Shown here piece after piece: positions 38,558 through 48,961 of a stretch of 64,000 nucleotides of DNA (position 1 is its first letter; each line of letters opens with the position of its first letter). A program made the translations under genes and the position numbers. Where the stretch lies: NCBI GenBank assembly GCA_030536515.1, contig JAUNPV010000003.1:78282-142281 (forward strand), in the 5' to 3' direction. The notes beneath the pieces were generated by a model, which made no database searches, was not told the DNA's origin, and was given only the letters and a program-made list of their open reading frames with translations. The stretch is from Eubacteriales bacterium. GTDB taxonomy: Bacteria; Bacillota; Clostridia; Oscillospirales; Oscillospiraceae.

Positions 38558-39421
38558 TTATTTTTTCTCTTCCTCTTTTACTTCCTCCACCTTCCGGTTG
38601 ACGAACAGGTTTGCCGGGTTGTGGGGCTGGAAGCTCTGGTAGATCAGGATGGCGGTGGCGGTGAGGCAGCTGAGGGCGGCCAGGACCTGGCTGACCCGGA
38701 AGGGGCCCCAGTACAGGCTGTCCATCCGCAGGCCCTCGATGATGGCCCTGCCCAGGCCGTACCAGGCGGCGTAGCCCAGGGCAATCTGGCCGTCGTACCG
38801 GCGGTGCTTGGACAGGAAGTGCAGGCCGAAAAAGCCCACGGCGTTCCACAGGCTTTCATACAGGAAGGTGGGGTGGTAGTATTCGGTCAGGCCGGTTTCG
38901 GTGTTCAGCAGGCCCATGCGCATGAAGCACTCTGTGGGCGCGCCGAAGGCCTCCCGGTTGAAGAAGTTGCCCCACCGGCCGATGGACTGGCCGATGAGAA
39001 AGCCCAGCAGCACAATGTCCAGCACGGCGGCCACCTTCAGCTTTTTCACCCGGCACAGCACCAGAATGCCCACAATGGCCCCCAGAACGCCGCCGTAAAT
39101 GGCCAGGCCTCCCTCCCAGATGTACAGGGCGGTGATGGGCTCCTTGGCATAGTCCGCCCAGGAGAAGATGACATAGTAGGCCCGGGCGCAGACGATGGCA
39201 AAGGGGGTGACCCACAGGACCCCGTCCAGAATGTCGTCCTGCTTCAGGCCGAAGGACTTGCAGCGAATCATGGCGTAAATCACCGCCAGGAACAGGCCGA
39301 AGGCGATGACCACCCCGTAGTAGTACACGTGGAAGCCCCCCACCTCCATCAGCACCCGGCCGGGGTTTACGTCGATGCCGAAGGTGGGAAAGGTGATGTT
39401 GGCAAAATAGGCGTTGCTCAT
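38558..39421 (-). CDS. lgt: Prolipoprotein diacylglyceryl transferase
   Basis: YYYG, ARAYYV, WEGGLAIYGG, GQSIGRWGNFFNRE, HPTFLYES; start at ATG 39421. Confidence 0.96.
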   Translation of the reverse strand: MSNAYFANITFPTFGIDVNPGRVLMEVGGFHVYYYGVVIAFGLFLAVIYAMIRCKSFGLKQDDILDGVLWVTPFAIVCARAYYVIFSWADYAKEPITALYIWEGGLAIYGGVLGAIVGILVLCRVKKLKVAAVLDIVLLGFLIGQSIGRWGNFFNREAFGAPTECFMRMGLLNTETGLTEYYHPTFLYESLWNAVGFFGLHFLSKHRRYDGQIALGYAAWYGLGRAIIEGLRMDSLYWGPFRVSQVLAALSCLTATAILIYQSFQPHNPANLFVNRKVEEVKEEEKK

Positions 39422-40707
39422 AAAATCTCCTCTTTTTTCACAGGATAGATGATGGACAGGCTGGCGGCCTCGGCCCGGACCACCTGGGCCAGAAAGCACC
39501 GCAGCTCCTCCGCCTGGATGCTGCGGTACAGCTCCGGGAAGCGGAAGTAGTCGAATTTGGAAAAGTGGTAGGCGCAGATGCGAAAGCAGGTGGCGTCGAA
39601 GCTGTCAAGGCTGCGAATCCGGCGGCCCAGGGCGCTGCGCTTGAGCCGGAGAAACGCCTCCTCCGGGATGCCCTCCCGGACAAGCTCCCCGGCCCGGGCG
39701 ATAACCGCCTCCCGGACGGCCTCAGGCTCGTCACTGTCGCCGGAGCACATGAGCATGGCGCAGCCGTCGATGGTCTCAAAGCCGCCGCCGAAGGAGGAGT
39801 CGATGATTCCTTCCTCGTAAAGATGCAGATACAGGGCCGAGGACTCGCCGAACAGGGCCTCGGCGGCCAGGTCCGCCACCAGCTCCCGGCGGATGGCCTC
39901 GTCGCCGCTGTCCAGAGGCTGGGCCTTGAAGGCCAGGCTGAACATGGGCATGGCAACTTCCAAGCTGGCGGTGACCAGGGGCTGCCCGGCGGTCATGGCC
40001 TCGGCCTCCATGGGCAGCTTCTTCCCCACAGGCCGGGGCTGGGGGCCCAGAATTTCCAGGGCCGCCCGGGCCACCGCCGCCGGGTCCACGTCCCCCACCA
40101 CGCACAGCATCATGTTGCCCGGGGTGTAAAAGGCCCGGTGGCAGGCGTTCAGCACCTCCGGGGTGATTTCCCGGATGGTTTCGCTGGTGCCGAGAATGGG
40201 CAGGCGGACCTTGTGGGTCCGGTACAGGGCCTCCATCAGATTTTCAAACACCACCGTGTCCGGGGCATCCAGGTTCATGCCAATCTCCTGGTCGATGATG
40301 CCCTGCTCCTTTTGGACGCTTTCCTCTGTAAAATAGGGGGTGGACACAAATTCCAGCAGCAGCCGCAGGCACTGGTCAAAATGCTCGGTGCAGGAAAAAT
40401 AGTAGGCGGTGAGGTCGTAGCTGGTGAAGGCGTTGACCATGGCCCCCAGAGCCGCAAACTCCGCCGACACGTCCCGGTCCCCGGGCAGGTCGAACATTTT
40501 ATGCTCCAAAAAGTGGGCCACACCGGCGGGCACGTGATATTCCGCCCCATCCAGGGTAAAATCCAGGTGGATGGAGCCAAAGTCGGTGACGAAATAGGCT
40601 AGCTTCTTGCTGAAGCCGGTCCGGGGGACCACCGCCACCGTCAGGCCGTTGGAAAGCCGGTCCAGGTAAACGGTTTCGTCCAGCTCGGGGTAATCGGTCG
40701 GGTTCAT
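39418..40707 (-). CDS. ymfH: M16 zinc peptidase (YmfH-like)
   Basis: GVAHFLEHKMF (HXXEH), NAFTS, KEQGIIDQEI. Confidence 0.88.
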   Translation of the reverse strand: MNPTDYPELDETVYLDRLSNGLTVAVVPRTGFSKKLAYFVTDFGSIHLDFTLDGAEYHVPAGVAHFLEHKMFDLPGDRDVSAEFAALGAMVNAFTSYDLTAYYFSCTEHFDQCLRLLLEFVSTPYFTEESVQKEQGIIDQEIGMNLDAPDTVVFENLMEALYRTHKVRLPILGTSETIREITPEVLNACHRAFYTPGNMMLCVVGDVDPAAVARAALEILGPQPRPVGKKLPMEAEAMTAGQPLVTASLEVAMPMFSLAFKAQPLDSGDEAIRRELVADLAAEALFGESSALYLHLYEEGIIDSSFGGGFETIDGCAMLMCSGDSDEPEAVREAVIARAGELVREGIPEEAFLRLKRSALGRRIRSLDSFDATCFRICAYHFSKFDYFRFPELYRSIQAEELRCFLAQVVRAEAASLSIIYPVKKEEIL

Positions 40708-41969
40708 TGGCTCTCTCCTTTCAGAAAATAGGTGGTGTCCAGGCTCAGTGTGCTGGCGGCGGCCACCACCTGGTCCTTGGTCACGGCCTCCACTGCCGCC
40801 ATGTACTGCTGGGGACTCAGGTCCAAGCCGCTTAAGGCGGCGGTGGCGTAGTAGCCCTCGATGGAGCCCGGGGAATCGTGGGTGGAGCGCAGGGAGGAGA
40901 CAATGGCGGCCTTGGCAGCCTCCAGCTCCCGGTCCGTGATGTCCCCGGCCTGGCAGGCGGCCAGCTGGCGCAGGCTCTCCTCCCGGGTCAGGGCCTCCTT
41001 GTCAAAGTCGATGCCGGCGGACAGGACCACAATTCCCTTGGAGCTGTGGTAGCTGGAGCCGATGGAGTAGCACAGGGACAGCTTCTCCCGGAGGTTCATA
41101 AACAGCTTGGAGGTCATTCCGGCACCGAGCACGGTGTTCATCACCTGCATGGCGGGGAACCGGGGGTCCCGGCAGGTGATGGGAGTGGTGAAGCCCATGC
41201 ACAGCTTCCCCTGGGACACGTCCAGCCGTTCGCTGACGTACCCGCCCCGGCAGGGCCGGAAGGCGGACTGGGGCGCAAGGGGGGCAGCGTTCCGGTCCAG
41301 CCGGGACAGCAGGGGCATCAGCAGCTCCGCCACCGCCTGGGGCTGGGCGGGGCCGACGTAGAAAAGCTGGATGGGGCTGGCGGTGAGGCTGAGGCTGTAG
41401 TGGGAAAGCAGGTCCTCCGGGGTGATGGCCGCCACCTGGGCAGGCTCCCCCAGCCGGGGAATGCCGAAGCTGTCCTCCCGGCACATGGTTTTCAGCATCC
41501 GGTTCATGGCGTAGATGCGCTTGTCGTTGCGCTCGGATTCGATGGTGGAAATCAGGTTTTTCTTCTCGCTTTCCACGAAGGCAGGGAGAAAGCCGCCGTT
41601 TTCCTGGGGAAAATCCAGGAGCAGCTCCTGCAAAAAGGCAATCATAGGCCCCAGCACCCGGTCCCCGGGCAGGGCAAACCGGTCGTCCATGAAGCCGCAG
41701 TACAGCCCGGTGGTCTGGTAGTCCCCCACCCGGCGGACCAGGGGGGAGACGGAGGCACCGTACAGCTCGTCTAAGCGCTGGGTGATGGCCCGCAGGTCCG
41801 GGTGGGCCCGGGTGCCCCGGAGCAGCACCGTGGGCAGCAGGGCATTCCGGGGGGCGGCAGCGCCGGACATGGGCTGCACCAGCTGAAAGCTGAGACACCC
41901 CTGCTTGAACCGGCTGTCCCGGAAGCACCGCAGGGTAACCCCGGGCAGAAGGGAAATGGTTTGCATCAT
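40704..41969 (-). CDS. ymfF: M16 peptidase, non-catalytic partner (YmfF-like)
   Basis: SKLFMNLREKLSLCY, no HXXEH; paired with ymfH. Confidence 0.85.
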   Translation of the reverse strand: MMQTISLLPGVTLRCFRDSRFKQGCLSFQLVQPMSGAAAPRNALLPTVLLRGTRAHPDLRAITQRLDELYGASVSPLVRRVGDYQTTGLYCGFMDDRFALPGDRVLGPMIAFLQELLLDFPQENGGFLPAFVESEKKNLISTIESERNDKRIYAMNRMLKTMCREDSFGIPRLGEPAQVAAITPEDLLSHYSLSLTASPIQLFYVGPAQPQAVAELLMPLLSRLDRNAAPLAPQSAFRPCRGGYVSERLDVSQGKLCMGFTTPITCRDPRFPAMQVMNTVLGAGMTSKLFMNLREKLSLCYSIGSSYHSSKGIVVLSAGIDFDKEALTREESLRQLAACQAGDITDRELEAAKAAIVSSLRSTHDSPGSIEGYYATAALSGLDLSPQQYMAAVEAVTKDQVVAAASTLSLDTTYFLKGESQ

Positions 41970-41998
41970 AATCTTCTCCTTAAACATATCACAGCACC

Positions 41999-42165
41999 GT
42001 AGGGCGGCCTGACCTCAGGCCGCCACAACGTTGGATGACTGAGTGCTAAACGTATGGAATCATGTCATTGCGAAGCCAGTGCCGGGCGCTGGCTGTAGCA
42101 ATCCGTTTCCCATTCGCATTTCCCATATGGGAAATGCGTGGCGGCCTGCGGTCAGGCCGCCCTAC
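41999..42165. repeat. Inverted GTAG REP doublet (GGCGGCCTG family) enclosing a TGTC-type unit
   Basis: 41999-42024, 42063-42105 and 42140-42165. Confidence 0.85.
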
Positions 42166-42328
42166 GGGTGCGTCAAAACTGGAAATCAGCACACGTAATT
42201 AGTATTATATACCAAATTTCCGAAAATAGGAAGTGGTACACAAAAAATTTAGACTTTTTCTGTTGCCATTTTTCTTGTTTTACGATAATATATAAGGTAG
42301 GAATTTTGAAATCAGGAGGCTGACCGCC

Positions 42329-43255
42329 ATGGCATGGCTGGAAATCACCGTTGAAACCACGCCCAGGCAGATTGGCGCCGCTGTGGCGGGGCTGACCGCC
42401 CGGGGCTTTTCCGACCTGGTCATCGAGGACCAGGGGGAGTTTGAGACCTTTTTGGAGGAAAACCGGGCCTATTGGGATTACATTGACGAAAACCTGCAGC
42501 AGCAGCTCCAGGGCCTGTCCCGGGTGAAGCTGTATCTGGAGGACGACGACCGGGCGGGCATGGAGCGGCTGGAGGCGGCGGTCAAAGAGCTGGGCCTGCC
42601 CATGACCGTCCAGCCCCTGCCGGACACCGACTGGTCCGAGAGCTGGAAGGACAGCTATCCCCCCCAGGAGGTGGGGAAAAACCTGGTGGTGCTGCCCTGC
42701 TGGCTGGCCCAGGAGCCCACGGACCGGACAAGGGTGATTCTGGACCCGGGCCTGACCTTCGGCACCGGGGCCCATCCCTCCACCCAGATGGTCATGGAGA
42801 CCATGGAGGAGGTGGTCCGGCCCGGCTACCGCTGCCTGGACTTAGGCAGCGGCAGCGGCATTCTGTCCATCACCGCCCTGGCCCTGGGGGCCGGGAGCGC
42901 CGTGGGCGTGGACATCGACCCCAAGGCCGAGGACATCGCCCGGGAAAACGCCGCCTACAACGGCATCACCGATGCCTTCACCGCCCTGACCGGCAACGTC
43001 ACCGAGGATAAGGCCCTGATGGAATCCCTGTCCGCCGGAAGCTACGATTTGGTGCTGGTGAACATCGTGGCCGATGTGATTATCGGCCTGGCTCCCATTC
43101 TGCCGGACTTTTTGGGGGAGAATACCACCCTTATCTGCTCCGGCATTCTGGACACCCGGCTGGAGGACGTAAAAAAAACCCTCACCGAAGCGGGCCTGCG
43201 CATTACCCAGGTCAAGGCCAAAGAGGACTGGCGCTGCGTGGTGGCAGGCTGGTAA
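42329..43255 (+). CDS. prmA: Ribosomal protein L11 methyltransferase
   Basis: LDPGLTFGTGAHPST, LDLGSGSGILS, NIVADVI. Confidence 0.95.
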   Translation: MAWLEITVETTPRQIGAAVAGLTARGFSDLVIEDQGEFETFLEENRAYWDYIDENLQQQLQGLSRVKLYLEDDDRAGMERLEAAVKELGLPMTVQPLPDTDWSESWKDSYPPQEVGKNLVVLPCWLAQEPTDRTRVILDPGLTFGTGAHPSTQMVMETMEEVVRPGYRCLDLGSGSGILSITALALGAGSAVGVDIDPKAEDIARENAAYNGITDAFTALTGNVTEDKALMESLSAGSYDLVLVNIVADVIIGLAPILPDFLGENTTLICSGILDTRLEDVKKTLTEAGLRITQVKAKEDWRCVVAGW

Positions 43256-43286
43256 ACGAATGCACCCCAAAACCTTCCCCCGGGGG

Positions 43287-43350
43287 TGGTGCTCTGCGCA
43301 GCAGATAAAAATACCAATGGTTGCCGGTGGCAACCATACCTTAATTTAAT
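43287..43350 (-). mobile_element. Cassette of about 62 bp inside a family-G hairpin (minus orientation)
   Basis: CCTTCCCCCGGGGG|64 bp|AGGTGCCCCAGT versus intact CCTTCCCCCGGGGGGAAGGTGCCCCAGT at about 4721. Confidence 0.75.
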
Positions 43351-43614
43351 AGGTGCCCCAGTGTCGCTACACTGGGGCGGATGAGGAATGCGGGCGGTAA
43401 CGTTATGTGTTGAATACGTAAGTGCCTGCTGAATCTTAACATATTCTACGCACGAACGCATCTGTCAACGTAGGTTCCTTCCCGCATTCCTCATCCGTCA
43501 TCCTGTCCCAGTGTGCGCACTGGAACAGGATGCCACCTTCCCCCCGGGGGAAGGTATTCGCCCTACCGCACCGCTCATAATGAGCGTCGCCCTCATCTGC
43601 ACTCGGCCACCTTC

Positions 43615-43670
43615 TCTCCGCAAGGGGGACGCCGCATCTGTAAGCCGCTGAAGCGGCAACAGCTGCGCAG
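43615..43670 (+). mobile_element. 56-bp second-type cassette inside a family-G hairpin
   Basis: CCACCTTC|56 bp|CCCCGGGGGAAGG; near-identical copy at 52043-52098. Confidence 0.7.
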
Positions 43671-43729
43671 CCCCGGGGGAAGGTTTGGATGCTCTGTCTT
43701 ACATTAAATAAAATCATAAGGAGAAACCT

Positions 43730-44779
43730 ATGTCTATCCCTTATCGTACCCGGCGGGTACTGAAACGAATCGGGACCGTTCTCGGCGTGCTGGTGCTGGT
43801 GACGGTGGTGTTTTGGCTGTGTTGGGTCATCTGGCTCCAGCGGTATGTGGTCTACAGTGACGAGGGCGTGAGCCTGGACTTTGAGCAGTCCTCCTACGGC
43901 CTCACCGGTCAGGTGGCCGTGCCCCCTCAGGCGGAGGAGAATATTTCCATCTTCTTCAACGAGGGCGCCGATGCCATCAACACCGGCAACGAAATGGAGC
44001 AGCTGAACGGCTACTATATCACCAGCGAAATGTTCCAGAAGGACATGGCAACGGTGCTGACCAACATCGAGCGGCTCCCGGCGGGGACCGCTGTGATGAT
44101 TGATATGAAGGGCCCCTTCGGCTCGTTCTTCTACGAGTCCAACCTCAACGACTCCCTGACCTCCGCCAGCACCGACATTGCGGCGGTGGCCAAGCTGGTG
44201 GAGCGGCTGAAAACCAAGGGCTTTTACACCATCGCCCGAATCAGCGCCTTCCGGGACCGGACCTTCGGCGAAAACCACGTCACCAGCGGCCTGTATATGC
44301 TCAGCCGGGCGGGACTGTGGATGGACGAGGACGGTATGTACTGGCTGGACCCCACCAACTCCTCCACCACCAACTGGATCAGCTCCGTCGCCCTGGAGCT
44401 GAAGGATTTGGGCTTCAACGAGGTGATGCTGGCGGACTTCCGGTTCCCCACCTCCGACAAGTATATCTTCGAGGGGGACAAGGATGCCGCCCTCCAGACG
44501 GCGGCCACCAAGCTGATGGAGGCCTGCGCCGCCGAGGACTTTGTGCTGACCTTCTGCGTGGATTCCCCCTCCTTCCAGCTGCCCGAGGGCCGGTGCCGGA
44601 TGTGCCTGCTGGATGTGGACCCCAACAGCGTGGAGTCCAAGGCCAACATGACGGAGCTGGAGGAAAAGGAAATCCGCCTGGTATTCCTCTCCGACTCCGC
44701 CGACACCCGCTACGATGCCTACGGAATCCTGCGCTCCATCATGGTGTCCGAGGAAGTGGAGGCCAGAAAAGGCAACTAA
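43730..44779 (+). CDS. Membrane-anchored putative glycoside hydrolase (DUF4015-like)
   Basis: N-terminal TM; DMKGPFG, IARISAFRD, WLDP, GFNEVMLADFRFP. Confidence 0.65.
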   Translation: MSIPYRTRRVLKRIGTVLGVLVLVTVVFWLCWVIWLQRYVVYSDEGVSLDFEQSSYGLTGQVAVPPQAEENISIFFNEGADAINTGNEMEQLNGYYITSEMFQKDMATVLTNIERLPAGTAVMIDMKGPFGSFFYESNLNDSLTSASTDIAAVAKLVERLKTKGFYTIARISAFRDRTFGENHVTSGLYMLSRAGLWMDEDGMYWLDPTNSSTTNWISSVALELKDLGFNEVMLADFRFPTSDKYIFEGDKDAALQTAATKLMEACAAEDFVLTFCVDSPSFQLPEGRCRMCLLDVDPNSVESKANMTELEEKEIRLVFLSDSADTRYDAYGILRSIMVSEEVEARKGN

Positions 44780-44946
44780 AAAAGGCTTCCCCCTGGGGGG
44801 AAGCTGTCATGGCCTGGGGCCATGACGGATGAAGGGTGTCTGCCTGCGGAACAGCGCAAACAGGGGGATGCCCTTCTTCATCTCGACTTCCCCCAAGGGG
44901 GGAGCGCAGCAGAGAAAATTTGAAAAAGAAGTCATTCAGGAGTTTT

Positions 44947-45654
44947 ATGATTTACGACAATGAAACATTCTTTGGCGAATACGCCAAAATGTCCCGCAGT
45001 ACCCAGGGGCTGGCAGGGGCGGGAGAGTGGCACCAGCTGGAAGGGCTGATGCCGGACATGGCAGGGAAGGCCGTCCTGGACCTGGGCTGCGGCTACGGCT
45101 GGCACTGCGGCTATGCCCTGGACCATGGGGCGGTCCGGGTGCTGGGCATTGATGCCAGCGAAAAAATGCTGGCAGCGGCTGAGCAGCGGAACCCCGGCCC
45201 CACCTACCGGCTCTGCGGCCTGGAGGAATACGAATACCCGGCGGAGCAGTGGGACGCTGTGGTGTCCAACCTGGTGCTGCACTATGTGGCGGACCTGGCG
45301 GATATTTTCCATAAAATCCACCGAACCTTAAAGCCCGGCGGGGTGCTGGTGTTCAACATTGAGCATCCGGTGTTCACCGCCGGGGTCCGGGAGGACTGGA
45401 TTTACGACCGGGAGGGCCGCCCCCAGTGCTGGCCGGTGGACGATTACTACATCGAGGGCCCCCGCCAGACTGTGTTTCTGGGCTGCCAGGTGGAAAAGCA
45501 GCACCACACCCTGCAAACCATCGTCATGGGTCTGCTGAAGGCAGGCTTCACGTTGGAGGCCCTGGAGGAGGCCCGCCCCTCGGCGGAAATGCTCCCCCTC
45601 ATGCCCGAGGAGCAAAAGCGGCCCATGATGCTGCTGATTCGTGGAAGAAAATGA
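44947..45654 (+). CDS. Class I SAM-dependent methyltransferase
   Basis: VLDLGCGYGWHC, SNLVLHYV, LKPGG; start at ATG 44947. Confidence 0.9.
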   Translation: MIYDNETFFGEYAKMSRSTQGLAGAGEWHQLEGLMPDMAGKAVLDLGCGYGWHCGYALDHGAVRVLGIDASEKMLAAAEQRNPGPTYRLCGLEEYEYPAEQWDAVVSNLVLHYVADLADIFHKIHRTLKPGGVLVFNIEHPVFTAGVREDWIYDREGRPQCWPVDDYYIEGPRQTVFLGCQVEKQHHTLQTIVMGLLKAGFTLEALEEARPSAEMLPLMPEEQKRPMMLLIRGRK

Positions 45655-45872
45655 AGAATCCCCTTCAATCCACGCTTTTGTGCCGGTCGAAGGGGATTTT
45701 CATAGCATCAAAAAATTTAGAATGTCATTGCGAGCCAGTCCTCAGACTGGCGTGGCAATCCGCCTCCCTCTGCTTGGTGCATAGCACCAAGCAGTTCATT
45801 TTTCCTTCTATAGCTATAGTCAATACAAACCAATGGGGGAGGGTCAGTGACCCTCCCCTACAGTATTCAATT

Positions 45873-46667
45873 TTATTCTGCGCTGAACAGCACCCGGTCG
45901 GAGCTCATGCCCTGGCTGTGGAAGGCCTTCAGCAGGTCCTCGGCGGTGGCCTTTTGCCTGGCCTCGCCGGACAGCTCGAACACCACCCGGCCGTCCTTCA
46001 TCATCATGGTCCGGTTGCCCAAGGCCAGGGCCGAGGGGATGTTGTGGGTAATCATCAGACAGGTGATGCGGTTTTCGGCTACGATTTTCTGGGTGAGGGA
46101 CAGCACCTTCGCCGCTGTGGCCGGGTCCAGGGCGGCGGTGTGCTCGTCCAGCAGCAGCAGCTTGGGGGTCACCAGGGTGGCCATCAGCAGGGTCAGGGCC
46201 TGGCGCTGGCCGCCGGAGAGCAGACCCACGGGATGGTTCATCCGGTCCTCCAGCCCCAGCTCCAGCAGGGACAGCCGGTCCCGGAAGTTCCGCCGGTCGG
46301 CACCCGTGACCATGGAGAAGGGGGACCGGCGCTCCGATGCCCGGAGGTAGGCCAGGGCCAGATTTTCCTCGATGGTCATGTTGGGGGCGGTGCCCTTCAG
46401 GGGGTCCTGGAACAGGCGGCCGATGTATTTGCTGCGCCGGTAGTCCGGCTGGCCGGTGATGTCCTCCCCGTCCAGAAGAATGCGGCCCTCGTCCACCGGG
46501 AAGGCCCCGGCGATGGAGGCAAACAGGGTGGACTTGCCCGCCCCGTTGGAGCCGAGAATGGTGACAAAATCCCCGGCCTCCAGGTGGAGGCTTACGTTGT
46601 TCAGCGCCCGCTTTTCATTGACGGTGCCGGGGTTGAAGGTTTTGCAGATGCCTTGCAGAGTCAGCAT
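45873..46667 (-). CDS. ABC transporter ATP-binding protein
   Basis: GSNGAGKS, FQDP, LSGGQRQAL, LLLLDEHTAALDP; true start at ATG 46667 (C-terminal part of ORF 45873..47687). Confidence 0.93.
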   Translation of the reverse strand: MLTLQGICKTFNPGTVNEKRALNNVSLHLEAGDFVTILGSNGAGKSTLFASIAGAFPVDEGRILLDGEDITGQPDYRRSKYIGRLFQDPLKGTAPNMTIEENLALAYLRASERRSPFSMVTGADRRNFRDRLSLLELGLEDRMNHPVGLLSGGQRQALTLLMATLVTPKLLLLDEHTAALDPATAAKVLSLTQKIVAENRITCLMITHNIPSALALGNRTMMMKDGRVVFELSGEARQKATAEDLLKAFHSQGMSSDRVLFSAE

Positions 46668-47542
46668 TGGGCGCCTCCTTTCACTTTGGGCCGGCGGATG
46701 GCAGGCAGGCCGATGGCCAGAGCCACAATGGCGGCGGAAATCAGCTTCAGACATTCGCTGGGCAGGTCCAGCCGCAGGGCCAGGGCCATGATGAACCGGT
46801 AGAGGATGGAGCCCAGCACGGCCCCCAGGGCCCTGCGCCACAGCTTCCCGTGGGGCAGAATGGTCTCGCCGATGATGAGGGAGGCCAGGCCGATAATCAC
46901 CATGCCGGAGCCCAGGCTGATGTCGGCGGTTTTCTGGTACTGGGCCAGCACCGCCCCGCTGAGGGCCGTCAGGGCGTTGGCAACGGACAGGCCCACGGTG
47001 ATGGTGAAGCCGGTGTTGATGGAGGAGGCCCGGACCATATCCGGATTGTCCCCGGTGGCCCGGATGGACAGCCCCAGCCGGGTGTTCAGAAATACCACCA
47101 GCAGGGCAGCCGCCAGGGCGGTGACCAGGGCGGTGGGCAGCAGCTTGTAAAGCTGGCCCAGCAGCGGCTGCATGGCGGTAAAGACGGTGGGGTTTTTCAT
47201 CATGTTGACGTTGGAGGAAAAGCCCATCACCGCCAGATTCACGGTGTAAAGGCCGGTGTTGGTGATGATACCGGCGAGGATGGAGGGAATTTTCAGCTTG
47301 GTCTGCAAAGCGGCGGTGACGGCCCCGGCGCAGGCCCCGGCGGCCATGGCGGCAGGCAGGGCCAGAAAGGGGTGCCCCGCCACCGCCACAGTGGCGGACA
47401 CGGCGCAGCCCAGGGTGAAGGACCCGTCGGTGGTCATGTCGGCGATGTTCAGCACCCGAAAGCTGAGAAACAGCGCCAGGGCCACCAGGGCGTAAATGCA
47501 CCCCAGCTCCAGGGCGCTGAAAAGAACGGCGGATGAAATCAT
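46661..47542 (-). CDS. ABC transporter permease (probable tryptophan transporter)
   Basis: DMTTDGSFTLG, GLSIRATGDN, GSGMVIIGLAS. Confidence 0.9.
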   Translation of the reverse strand: MISSAVLFSALELGCIYALVALALFLSFRVLNIADMTTDGSFTLGCAVSATVAVAGHPFLALPAAMAAGACAGAVTAALQTKLKIPSILAGIITNTGLYTVNLAVMGFSSNVNMMKNPTVFTAMQPLLGQLYKLLPTALVTALAAALLVVFLNTRLGLSIRATGDNPDMVRASSINTGFTITVGLSVANALTALSGAVLAQYQKTADISLGSGMVIIGLASLIIGETILPHGKLWRRALGAVLGSILYRFIMALALRLDLPSECLKLISAAIVALAIGLPAIRRPKVKGGAQC

Positions 47543-47782
47543 GGTTGTTTGCTCCTTGTCTTACGTCTTGCGCCGTCCAAAACCTTCCCCCGGGGGGAAG
47601 GTGGCAAAGGCCGACGCAAGGCGGACTTTGACGGAAGAGGAACGGCGAAATCTTATCATTTGTACGCACAAATGGCGGTATATGCAATGTTTAACATATC
47701 GCCGTTCCTCTTCCGACCTCGCTTACGCTCGGCCACCTTCCCCCCGGGGGAAGGTTTTGAGGGTGCGATGCTTTCTTTTACA

Positions 47783-48757
47783 TTATTCCCCCGTGACGAC
47801 CTCCTTGACGGTGTTTGCCATGGCGGCGAAGGGGGCGTAGTCCAGGGCAAGGGCCTGGGCGGTTTCGGTGTTGACGGTGATGATGCCGCCCTCCATCACG
47901 TGGAAGGGGGTGATTTCCCCGCCCTGGAGGATGTCGAAGGCCATGTCGGCGGTTTTATAGCCCAGCTCCGTGTAGTTGACGCCGCATGTGGCGAAGGCCC
48001 CGGAGAGGACGAAGGAGTCGGCGCCGGTGTAGTGGGGGATGCCGGCGGCGTTCAGAATTTCGGCCACGGCGCTTTCGGCGGCCATAATCTTGTTGTCGGT
48101 GGGGGTGAACACGGCGTCCACCCGATCCACCATGGCGGAGGCGGCGGCGATGACCTCGTCGGCGGTGGTGCCGGTTTTTTCAAGGTATGCGATGCCCTTG
48201 CTGTCCAGATATTCCTTGGCCTGGGCAATGGGGGTGGCGGAGTTGTCCTCAGAGTTGCTGTAGAGCAGGCCCACGGTCTGGATGTCCGGCTGGACGGCGA
48301 GCATCATGTCCAGAATGAAGGGGGTGTTCAGCGCGTCGGACACGCCGGTGACGTTGGAAAGGCCGGTGAGACCGGCGGTCTCCGGGTCGGAAATGGCGGC
48401 GTAGACAATGGGAATGTTCTTGCCCTCGGCGGCGGTGACCATATACTGGGCGGCGGTGGTGGCAATGGGAATCAGCAGGTCGCAGCCGTCGCCTACGGCC
48501 TGGGCGCCGATCTGGCCCAGCACGGCGGTGTCGCCCTGGCCGTTAAAGACCTGGATTTCCACGGAGTCGGTCATGCCGGCCTCGGCAATGCGCTCGGTTA
48601 GACGGGTCTGAATGGCGGCGCAGATTTCATCCAGGGAGGAGTGCTCCACCTGCTGGACAATGGCGATTTTCTTGACCCCGCCGTCCTTGGCGGCGCAGCC
48701 GGTGAGCATCGAGAGGGCCATTACGAGAGTTAACATAACACAAATCATCTTTTTCAT
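47783..48757 (-). CDS. ABC transporter substrate-binding lipoprotein (probable tryptophan-binding)
   Basis: Lipobox LTGC; QQVEHSSLD, IATTAAQ, TPTDN. Confidence 0.9.
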   Translation of the reverse strand: MKKMICVMLTLVMALSMLTGCAAKDGGVKKIAIVQQVEHSSLDEICAAIQTRLTERIAEAGMTDSVEIQVFNGQGDTAVLGQIGAQAVGDGCDLLIPIATTAAQYMVTAAEGKNIPIVYAAISDPETAGLTGLSNVTGVSDALNTPFILDMMLAVQPDIQTVGLLYSNSEDNSATPIAQAKEYLDSKGIAYLEKTGTTADEVIAAASAMVDRVDAVFTPTDNKIMAAESAVAEILNAAGIPHYTGADSFVLSGAFATCGVNYTELGYKTADMAFDILQGGEITPFHVMEGGIITVNTETAQALALDYAPFAAMANTVKEVVTGE

Positions 48758-48961
48758 AACAAATTCTCCTTTTCAGATGTTGGTTGGTCGGACGGTCGGA
48801 CGGTCAGCCCCGCCATCGCCTGCCGGGTGCTTTTGTCATAACAATTTCCCCTTTCCAAAGTTTGACCCATCTGTAGGGCGGCCTGCCCCCAGGCCGCCGT
48901 CGGCGTCAGCCGAAGCGGTTTTCGACGTTCCAGTTGGAGGCTGCCCTGCGAGTGTGTTAAA

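Noticed and set aside
46668-47687. Apparent 340-aa N-terminal extension of the ABC ATPase (ORF 45873-47687)
   Set aside because: It is an alternative frame over the permease; the ATPase has its own RBS and ATG at 46667
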